Source of the DNA: Candidatus Iainarchaeum sp.
Lineage (GTDB): Archaea; Iainarchaeota; Iainarchaeia; Iainarchaeales; VGJJ01
DNA: 32,000 nucleotides
Direction of reading: 5' to 3'
Assembly: GCA_030688545.1 (NCBI GenBank)
Contig: JAUYHT010000006.1
Location: 30,001-62,000 of the forward strand
Part shown: positions 25,334 to 32,000 of the stretch, one piece after another
How the letters are laid out: each line of letters starts with the position of its first letter
Position numbering within the stretch: position 1 is the first letter of the stretch
The notes under the pieces: generated by a model
What the model was told of the DNA's origin: nothing
The model's database searches: none
What the model saw: only the letters and a program-made list of their open reading frames with translations
Translations under genes and position numbers: made by a program

Positions 25334-25609
25334 CTATGATTTCTTTTTCAAATTCTTATACCATTTTTCGTATTGTTTATGGTTTCCGGAAAATCGAATT
25401 TCTTTTTCTTTGGTCTTTTCTACTATTTTGAGTGCGACCCGGTATTGGCCGATTTCTAATACGGAAAATTCAATTCCATGATTCAAATGTCTGAGTGATG
25501 TTTCCTCTTTTTGTTGTTGTATTTTTTTCCATATTCTTTCTTGGACTTGCCGATCCATTTTATCAAAATACTTGTCCCATCCGGGATAGTATTTGAGTAC
25601 ATATGGCAT
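25334..25609 (-). CDS. RelE/ParE-family type II toxin
   Basis: 91 aa. The segment ...RIWKKIQQ...LEIGQYRVALKIVEKTKEKEIRFSGNHKQY fits the RelE/ParE pattern (G-x-YR-[ivl]...[ivl]-x-[ivl]...g-x-[RH]-x-x-x-Y). It starts 6 nt downstream of the antitoxin stop, in a locally AT-rich island. Confidence 0.7.
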   Translation of the reverse strand: MPYVLKYYPGWDKYFDKMDRQVQERIWKKIQQQKEETSLRHLNHGIEFSVLEIGQYRVALKIVEKTKEKEIRFSGNHKQYEKWYKNLKKKS

Positions 25610-25615
25610 TATGCG

Positions 25616-25879
25616 TCACTTGAATCCGTATTTTTTCTTTACATTTTCTTCCGTTTCAAATTGCATGCCCTTATTTTTCATTTCTTCATCTTCTAGTTTC
25701 ATTTTAAAGGCTACCAGTTCTAACTCTAATTCTTTGGGGTCGTCTAGCAAATGGTATTCTTTTCCAAGCTCTAGGACGCCGGCACGTAGCGCTTCCGTCT
25801 TGGTTTTGAAATAGCCTTTAGCTATCAGTAGGGTGAGGATGTCTTCAGGAACCCCGCTCATTTTTACTAATGTTTCCAT
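25616..25879 (-). CDS. Putative antitoxin (ribbon-helix-helix-like) of the RelE/ParE pair
   Basis: Begins METLVKMSGVPEDILTLLIAKGYFKTKTEALRAGVLELG and has an acidic C-terminal half. It occupies the upstream position in a two-gene cassette. ATG at 25879; the track start at 25888 is GTG. Confidence 0.55.
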   Translation of the reverse strand: METLVKMSGVPEDILTLLIAKGYFKTKTEALRAGVLELGKEYHLLDDPKELELELVAFKMKLEDEEMKNKGMQFETEENVKKKYGFK

Positions 25880-25895
25880 ATAAACCACCTTTTTT

Positions 25896-25932
25896 ATGAT
25901 TATAATATGTATTCAGTAAATACTTTAATCAT
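25896..25932. promoter_or_regulatory. Nested palindromes overlapping the TA promoter A/T box (candidate operator)
   Basis: Outer arms ATGATTA (25896-25902) and TAATCAT (25926-25932). Inner arms GTATT (25909-13), cagta, AATAC (25919-23). The A/T box tgattataatatg lies about 25 nt upstream of ATG 25879. Confidence 0.5.
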
Positions 25933-26008
25933 ATTTAACCCTTTAGGTAAAATGGGAAAGAAATGGTTCTTTTGGCCAGCGAGCATAAATACGGTGATCA
26001 ATCCCCCA

Positions 26009-27136
26009 TTAATCATCGTCATCGAGCAGAGGTAGGTCGGCCATCTCCTCATCGGAAGGCAGTTCCAATTCGTCTGTTTTCTTCTTTTTTTTGGGCGATG
26101 TCGGGGCTTCCCCGAGCAAATCCTTCACATCCAAATCGGGGGTGGGGGTTTGACTAGTATTTTCAGCAGCGGGAGCAATCGAGGGACGATTGTCTTTCCC
26201 TTCCTCCAGTTGCCCGCGTTGGCGGCGGTAGTGGCGGGCATAGGCCTCGGCCGGATCATCGTTTGAGATAGGGGGGGATTGTTTGGGAGCGGAAGATGGG
26301 GGAGTGGAAGGTTGTTCTTTGGCGGCCCGCGCCCGGCGTTGTTCCATGCGTTCGCGGGGGGAGAGGCGTTCCTCTCCCACGGGGGTTTCCTCCGAGGGGT
26401 TTGATGAGGTAACCATTTCTTTTTCATCCCGCGCCGACCCAGGAAGGGTGTTGGAAAATTGGAATCGGGTGAGGGATTTCTTTTCAGGAGGGATTTCTTT
26501 TACTGTTTGAGGAGGGGGATTAATCTCCCGAGGAGGGGAGGGGGATCCAGGTTCTTTTACCGTGCCAGAATGCATGTTGCGCCGGAGTTCGGCCAACGTT
26601 TGCTCGATCTCCTCGGTGGAGGCAGTGTGGGTTCCGAGGAATGGGGATGATGTAGATTGAGTATTTTGATTGGTTGATGATGAAGAAGACGGGGTTTGTT
26701 TAAGTCCAAGAGCATGGTGTAGGGGGGGTTTCTTTCCCCCGAATAGATTGGAAACCCGTCCGAATAAACCGGATGAGGATGGTTTCCCATTTGGGTTTAT
26801 TTCGGGGGAACCAGAATAGATTGATGCGCTTGAAGAAGACTTCTCATCCGGGTGCTGGCGTTCATGCCTATGTTTTCCACGCGCGGCCTCCACATTCTCG
26901 AATACTCCCCTGCTCGGCCCGCGCATCCAGGGTTCCGATTCGTCATGCTCATCCGAATCAGGAGAAACTTCCGGTTGGGAGTTGCGTTTCCATTTGACCG
27001 GGGTTCCACGGGGGCCACTATTTCTTTTTTCAGCGGATGGGGACGAAGCCATTTGGGGGGGGATAGGCTCGCCATGGCGATAGTACCGCCGCAGCCGGCG
27101 GGGAACCTTGGATAACGAGGTTTCCATGTCAGGCAC
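26009..27136 (-). CDS. Low-complexity Ser/Pro/Glu/Lys-rich (predicted disordered) protein with an acidic C-terminus
   Basis: 375-aa ORF beginning MPDMETSLSKVPRRLRRYY, with SSSSSTNQNTQSTSSP runs, ending KKKKKTDELELPSDEEMADLPLLDDDD. It overlaps the upstream gene end by 8 nt (27129-27136), which suggests coupling. Confidence 0.5.
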   Translation of the reverse strand: MPDMETSLSKVPRRLRRYYRHGEPIPPQMASSPSAEKRNSGPRGTPVKWKRNSQPEVSPDSDEHDESEPWMRGPSRGVFENVEAARGKHRHERQHPDEKSSSSASIYSGSPEINPNGKPSSSGLFGRVSNLFGGKKPPLHHALGLKQTPSSSSSTNQNTQSTSSPFLGTHTASTEEIEQTLAELRRNMHSGTVKEPGSPSPPREINPPPQTVKEIPPEKKSLTRFQFSNTLPGSARDEKEMVTSSNPSEETPVGEERLSPRERMEQRRARAAKEQPSTPPSSAPKQSPPISNDDPAEAYARHYRRQRGQLEEGKDNRPSIAPAAENTSQTPTPDLDVKDLLGEAPTSPKKKKKTDELELPSDEEMADLPLLDDDD

Positions 27137-27764
27137 CCGGGATTCCCGGTTTCTTATCCAGGCTCTGGTTGAAGGCCTTTATATCCTTTCTCAGCTGCTC
27201 CATGGTGGCATCGAATCCTTCGAATTCGCTCGTTTCCAATCGGAATCCCAGATCGGAGGATTTCTTTTTTCTTTCTGAACGGGAAATTTTTTCTCCCGAT
27301 TCTTCCTTGAGGAGTTCAAGCACATCCATGGCATCGTTCTCGAGAATAGGAGGGGCGAGTGGTGACTCCGGTTTTCCCGTTCCCCGCAGGCGGGAGGCCT
27401 TGGATACCGCATGGGTGGGGGAAGGGATTTGGGTTTCAGGCGTTGGTACATACGTGTTCCAGTGCCACCATCCCCGCGTCACCAATCCTGTGATGCCGGC
27501 GGACAAAATCAGCAGGAGGATGAGCCAGAATCCCTGCTCCATTAATGAAAGAATGGCCGATGGGGTCAATGTTGACGACCGCTGCCAGAACACCCACCCC
27601 ACACCCCCCCATCCCACGATTAAACTGGCTCCCATTCGTTTCCATCCTTTCCAGTATTCGCTCCCCCCGATGGCGCTGCGCACCCATACATAGGCCAAAC
27701 CCGGGCTCCCTAGGAAGACGAGGCCTTGCAAGAGGGTAAAAATGAGGCTTCCCGATACGACCAT
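27129..27764 (-). CDS. Membrane protein with N-terminal TM segments and a soluble charged C-terminal domain
   Basis: 211 aa. Hydrophobic segments are SLIFTLLQGLVFLGSPGLAYVWV, ASLIVGWGGVGWVFW and FWLILLLILSAGITGLV. The A/T box at 27786-27794 is centred 26 nt upstream. Confidence 0.55.
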   Translation of the reverse strand: MVVSGSLIFTLLQGLVFLGSPGLAYVWVRSAIGGSEYWKGWKRMGASLIVGWGGVGWVFWQRSSTLTPSAILSLMEQGFWLILLLILSAGITGLVTRGWWHWNTYVPTPETQIPSPTHAVSKASRLRGTGKPESPLAPPILENDAMDVLELLKEESGEKISRSERKKKSSDLGFRLETSEFEGFDATMEQLRKDIKAFNQSLDKKPGIPGA

Positions 27765-27785
27765 ACCCCCAACAACCGGGCGCTC

Positions 27786-27794
27786 TTTTTTATT
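27786..27794. promoter_or_regulatory. Single A/T (TATA-like) box shared by divergent genes
   Basis: The box ttttttatt is centred at 27790. That is 27 nt from ATG 27817 (+) and 26 nt from ATG 27764 (-). The whole intergenic spacer is only 52 nt. Confidence 0.55.
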
Positions 27795-27816
27795 CTAGGG
27801 GTCGATTCTCCCTTTC

Positions 27817-28356
27817 ATGGTCGTTGATCTCCTCGGACAAGCCCTTTCGTATTTGGGGGGGTGGATTCTGGCGCTTTTCATTCCCCTCTTGATGGGTGTC
27901 CTGGTGGGAATCTTGGTGTTCAATGCGGTGCAGCACCGCACCGGATGGAAATGGGTCCCCGCGGCGGGATTCACCTTGTTGCTCCTATGGACCTTGCTTT
28001 TCTTCTTGGTGAACACGAGCAACCTCTTGAATGGTCTCCAGAACACCGACTTGAGTGTTATTCCTCCCGACGTGCAGGGGGATAAGGTTTACCAGGATTC
28101 GCAACCCCACCCCATTCTCTTTTTTTTCCGGGCCCTCTTCCAAAGCATCCTCGGGGCGTTCGTGTTCACTATTCTTTCCTTCCCATTTGTTTTCCTTGGA
28201 ATGATGTCATATGAATGGCTTTCCAAGCGCACCAAAAATGTGTGGTATCGCCTCATCGGAGTAGCGGGAATCTGGTCCCTCCTCCTGGGGGCACTATTAA
28301 CTGCGTTCCCCTGGATCCTCGTGGGAGTGATATATTTGGCGTTCTTCGGGCTATGA
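27817..28356 (+). CDS. Integral membrane protein with about 5 TM segments
   Basis: 179-aa ORF with hydrophobic segments throughout (WILALFIPLLMGVLVGILVF, AAGFTLLLLWTLLFFLV, ILGAFVFTILSFPFVFLGMM, LIGVAGIWSLLLGALLTAFPWILVGVIYLAFF). Confidence 0.55.
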   Translation: MVVDLLGQALSYLGGWILALFIPLLMGVLVGILVFNAVQHRTGWKWVPAAGFTLLLLWTLLFFLVNTSNLLNGLQNTDLSVIPPDVQGDKVYQDSQPHPILFFFRALFQSILGAFVFTILSFPFVFLGMMSYEWLSKRTKNVWYRLIGVAGIWSLLLGALLTAFPWILVGVIYLAFFGL

Positions 28357-28483
28357 ATTGGTTTCTGGAAAAGGCCTCTTGGGTTTGAAAAAGACCTTTG
28401 ATAATTGAAGGCTGGGGTGATTTTTTTCCGGAACCCCGAATAAGCCTTAAATAGGCCTCTTTCCCCTACCCTGCGCGAGCAAT

Positions 28484-31400
28484 ATGACGAATGGACGCGA
28501 GCGATGGGGATGTGTTTTCCTTCTTTTCCTGTTGGTATTCAGTCTCCCGGCCGCGGCGCTCTCGCGCGGAATGGCGAATAATGGTATTCAGGATGGTTTG
28601 GATGATTCGGATAATGAAAATGCTTTTCTGCCACCCCATCCCCCGAACCCTGTTTTGGGAATTGTCCCACCCGCTGAAAGCGTTCCCCTGCGTATCCAAT
28701 TACAGACTTCCCCCTCCGGCGCCCCGGCGTGCCGCCTATCCCAATTAACTCCCAGCGAGGTGCAGGCGTTCAAGGACACTATTCTCACCTCCGGATTCCA
28801 GGGAGAAGAGATTTCCGCGGGCACGCCCCCCAATCTAAATAGGGAAACGGTGGCGGATGAGAATACATTAATTGTCCCCGATCCCGCGCGCAATGGCACA
28901 GCGATCCAGAAAGAGGTGCCCACCCAGTTCCTGGAGCCGGAGGAATTATCCCCTCTTCTCAATAAGCACATCAAGAATGGCACCTTCGCCTTCGGATTAT
29001 CCATGACGGATTCCCTCCGCACCGCCCGGTGTTTGACTCCCGAGCAATGTGCGGTTTCGGGAGAGATGCTCCGTCTCCGTAATTCGGGGGAAGGATTCAC
29101 GGGGAACATTCAAAATATGTGGTCGTCCATTAAGGGGGATTTAGGGAAGCCGGATTCCTTGTTCTCCGAGGAGGAAGCCGACTACTTGTTGGGAGGAGTG
29201 GAGGCGGAACAGGAATTGGGAGAAGCGGATGCCAATTACATCCCGGTGGAAGGATTTTCCCGCATTCCTTCTAACGAGCTGATGAATTGGATTGCCGTGG
29301 ACAACACCTTCTCCTCAGCCTTGCTCACCAATTGCACCGACAGTTCGTGCATCACCATGCTGTATTCCATGTTCGACAAATACTTCAACGCCTGGTTCTC
29401 CGGGGAAATGGTTATCGGCACATTCGGTCCTACTGCGTGGGGAAAATTGCGGTATATGATTACCCGGGGAAAGCGCATCAACCTTATTTCAGCCAATTGG
29501 GCGGACCCCCTGCGGCGGAATATCGATCTTGAAAACAGATGGAAATTCCGCAATATCGAGGGCATTGGTCTGGGGGGGAATAAACCCATCGCCCCCTCCG
29601 AATTTTTTTCCAAGAGACGCCCAGGAGGTACTATTGAAGGGAAAGAGGTATTCAAGAATTACAAACGCACGATGGAACGGGAAGTGGGATCGGAGAACGT
29701 ATTCAAGGAATTCTTCGTCGACCGCAAGGTCATTTCTCCCGGAAAGTCCGCCAACTTTGAGGATGAGGCCTTCCGCTCGGGTGCCTTGAGCAAGATCACC
29801 GATTTTGATGAACAGAAGAAACTGTTCACCTACATGGGGAAGATTCGCGAGCACGCCATGGCCACCAAACATGTGGCGAAACAACTAGATGACGAATTGA
29901 AATTGGGCCGCATCTCCCAAGTGGATTACGCGCGGGGGTATTCCAAGATCGCCAAGGACCTGGATGATGTCCTCAACCTGGATATGCCCGCTTTTATTCG
30001 GGGGGAAAAAGCCACTGGTCTCCAGCGCTTCCAAGTAATTGATGTGGGCACGGGTCAACCCGTCTCATTGACAGATGGGGCGGACGGGGCCTATTTCAAT
30101 AACGTGTTCGACGAGTTCATCAAGACGGGAAATTTTAATGATGTCAGAACGCTGAAAAAGGTGGGAGAAAATATCGAGTTGTACGAACTCAAACCCCAGA
30201 GGATCATCAATGAAGCCGTTCTTGAATCCATCGAGAAAGGGGAATATGCGGACGATGTTTATGTCCTCCTCAGCGATGGGGTTACAACGGTGCCCGCCAC
30301 GAAGACCCAATACAAAACCATTTTCGACGATTTCAAGGCCTCGGGGATAAAGCCCCGGATCGTGGAGGGGGGTCGTACCTTGGTACCGGGAGGCTTGTCC
30401 CCCGAGCTGTTCGGAAAAGGAATCGTCGGAGGAGATGTGCTCAAGGAAAAAATAAAGTGGTACCACCGCAATGTCGAAGCGGTCCATGATACCATGATTT
30501 CGCGAGATTGGGGCCGCGGGAATTATACAAACCTTCTCTCCCGCTCGATGCAGGGACAGGAAAAGCTGATCAAGAATTACGTTAATGTGTTAAATCCCGA
30601 TGTGGCGGCCGGTCCCTTGGGGTGGACGGCCAAAACCTATGGGTATTGGTGGGTCACTCGCGGATTGGGATTCGACGACTTTACCCTTTACCGGTTGCCC
30701 GATGAGTTCACGGAGATTGCATTCTCCACGGGGGATGTCCCCATCTATGATGATGCCTACATCGATTTTTTCGCCAATGAAGGATCAGATACGGGCGACC
30801 TGTTCCAGCGCCTCATATCCAAATTCCCTTTTCCCGCTTTGGTAATTGACCCTCTGGCGTCCCGGTTCGAGCCTCTGGAAAAGGCCTGGAATTTCTTCAG
30901 TGGGAAACAAGCTCGCACTCAACCAGATAATCTCGCCCTATTCATGTTTGGAGGAGAATCCTGTCCCACCTGCAAAGCCACCATTGCTTCCCCTTCCCTG
31001 GAGCAGGCTAATGTCTATTTCCAGAGCCCCGAGAGCCTCACTGGTTTTCTCCTCGAGGATGGCCAATCTAAAGATGCAAGGGAATTAGGACAATTACTCG
31101 TCGCCTATGCCCACCACCTGGATATTGGGGGCCAGCTCAGTGGGGAGGTGTTGGATCAAATCACCCTCTCCACGGCCCGGGAGAAAGGCCTCGCGTGCGA
31201 TCAGGTGATTGAGGATGTTTTTCTCTGGGGAAATGTATCCAAACTCATCGGGGCGGAGCGTATTGGAGCCGCATTGGCCGTAACCGAAAACCTCTCCTAT
31301 TGGGTGTTGGGTTATGGCGGCACGTTGGTCACGGCGATCAACCAGATTTATTTTGCCCAGCAGATGAATGAATGCGTGGACGATAAGGAGGGGTATTTCG

Positions 31401-32000
31401 CCCACATCTTCGTCCCGCGGGAAGTGGAAGGACAAGGGAAATCCCAGGAAATCCAGAATTCCGCCACCCAGGAAGCATTGGATGGGATTCAGGCTTTTGC
31501 TGGTCGCGTGCAGGCCGATGCCACGGATGCCTCCCTCTCGGATAAGGCGTTGGCTGAGGCCACAGGGAAAGTGAAAGAATTGGTGGATGATGCCCGCAAG
31601 CGGGATGTGGTGGAGGCCGAGCTCCGCATTTCTGGTGCCTCGTATGGGGGGATCGAGTCGAAGAAACCTATCTATTTTTGGGTGGGCCCGCAAGCAGAAT
31701 TGGATGTGAGTGCGTATTCCACGGATGGGAAAACCGTTCTTTCTAATGCGGATGGGGATACGTTGACTTTAGATAACCAGTCAGGCACCCTCACGGTGAA
31801 TGGGCAGCCGGTAATCGACAGCAGTGAAGCCGATCATGTCCGCCTGGCCAGCACCAACCTATCCATCCCCGCGGTGGAGGTGCCCCAGCGCCTCAATGCC
31901 TTTTCCCTGGATGATTCCAACCGATTCATCTTAGGGATAAACGTTCGGGGGGAAACAATTGTTCACGACCCGGCGCTCCTCGATTGTATTCGACAAGCCG
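28484..32000 (+). CDS. Very large secreted/surface protein with its N-terminus in the window and its 3' end beyond the window
   Basis: Frame 2 is open from ATG 28484 to the window end (1,172 codons, no stop). It is not in the track because it is open-ended. The signal-peptide-like N-terminus is MTNGRERWGCVFLLFLLVFSLPAAALS. All track ORFs in this interval are in other frames or antisense. No known domain is recognised by eye. Confidence 0.8.
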   Translation, partial: MTNGRERWGCVFLLFLLVFSLPAAALSRGMANNGIQDGLDDSDNENAFLPPHPPNPVLGIVPPAESVPLRIQLQTSPSGAPACRLSQLTPSEVQAFKDTILTSGFQGEEISAGTPPNLNRETVADENTLIVPDPARNGTAIQKEVPTQFLEPEELSPLLNKHIKNGTFAFGLSMTDSLRTARCLTPEQCAVSGEMLRLRNSGEGFTGNIQNMWSSIKGDLGKPDSLFSEEEADYLLGGVEAEQELGEADANYIPVEGFSRIPSNELMNWIAVDNTFSSALLTNCTDSSCITMLYSMFDKYFNAWFSGEMVIGTFGPTAWGKLRYMITRGKRINLISANWADPLRRNIDLENRWKFRNIEGIGLGGNKPIAPSEFFSKRRPGGTIEGKEVFKNYKRTMEREVGSENVFKEFFVDRKVISPGKSANFEDEAFRSGALSKITDFDEQKKLFTYMGKIREHAMATKHVAKQLDDELKLGRISQVDYARGYSKIAKDLDDVLNLDMPAFIRGEKATGLQRFQVIDVGTGQPVSLTDGADGAYFNNVFDEFIKTGNFNDVRTLKKVGENIELYELKPQRIINEAVLESIEKGEYADDVYVLLSDGVTTVPATKTQYKTIFDDFKASGIKPRIVEGGRTLVPGGLSPELFGKGIVGGDVLKEKIKWYHRNVEAVHDTMISRDWGRGNYTNLLSRSMQGQEKLIKNYVNVLNPDVAAGPLGWTAKTYGYWWVTRGLGFDDFTLYRLPDEFTEIAFSTGDVPIYDDAYIDFFANEGSDTGDLFQRLISKFPFPALVIDPLASRFEPLEKAWNFFSGKQARTQPDNLALFMFGGESCPTCKATIASPSLEQANVYFQSPESLTGFLLEDGQSKDARELGQLLVAYAHHLDIGGQLSGEVLDQITLSTAREKGLACDQVIEDVFLWGNVSKLIGAERIGAALAVTENLSYWVLGYGGTLVTAINQIYFAQQMNECVDDKEGYFAHIFVPREVEGQGKSQEIQNSATQEALDGIQAFAGRVQADATDASLSDKALAEATGKVKELVDDARKRDVVEAELRISGASYGGIESKKPIYFWVGPQAELDVSAYSTDGKTVLSNADGDTLTLDNQSGTLTVNGQPVIDSSEADHVRLASTNLSIPAVEVPQRLNAFSLDDSNRFILGINVRGETIVHDPALLDCIRQA

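Noticed and set aside
28588-31693. Five minus-strand ORFs (173, 139, 131, 140 and 199 aa) and several short plus-strand ORFs in other frames
   Set aside because: All lie inside the single uninterrupted frame-2 ORF that starts at 28484 with a signal peptide. They are antisense or out-of-frame shadows.
1-32000. CRISPR arrays, tRNA and rRNA genes
   Set aside because: I scanned all intergenic spacers longer than 60 nt by eye. I saw no regularly spaced repeats, no cloverleaf-compatible 70-90-nt segments with a GTTC-type T-arm, and no rRNA-like conserved blocks. tRNAscan-SE, Infernal and a CRISPR finder should confirm this.

Overview
This is a 32-kb chromosomal segment of about 50% GC, with AT-richer islands at roughly 1-760, 4440-5480, 12460-14050, 20000-20940 and 25300-25990. 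I support 37 protein-coding genes. Two of them are open-ended at the window edges and are missing from the supplied ORF track: reverse strand 1-700, and forward strand 28484 to the window end. I found no rRNA, tRNA or CRISPR array by eye. Recognisable genes are dxs, ispG, tpiA, a type-2 IPP isomerase, an FMN reductase, serS, a GT2 glycosyltransferase with two large polytopic GT-C-like membrane proteins, an HxlR-like regulator, a stand-alone Cas4-like Fe-S nuclease, a RelE/ParE toxin-antitoxin pair, an ASCH/DUF3850-like protein and a sigma-70 (ECF-like) protein. About half the genes are orphans, and many have Pro/Arg-rich N-termini. Expression signals look archaeal: at least 11 genes have an A/T box centred 25-29 nt upstream of the ATG and no Shine-Dalgarno. 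Archaeal/Tad-type class-III signal peptides and an archaeal/eukaryal-looking SerRS motif point the same way. In contrast, dxs/ispG, the long-form TPI and the sigma factor are bacterial-type. I infer a mosaic genome of an uncultivated, possibly DPANN-like, archaeon, but this is unproven. The best candidates for something undescribed are: (i) the 22.6-32 kb surface neighbourhood, with four pilin-like genes lacking any assembly machinery, a membrane protein plus disordered protein pair, and a secreted ORF of more than 1,170 codons running off the window; (ii) MEP-pathway genes and a sigma factor in an archaeal-style context; (iii) a paralogous orphan family and a 1.1-kb ORF-free region carrying iteron-like repeats.
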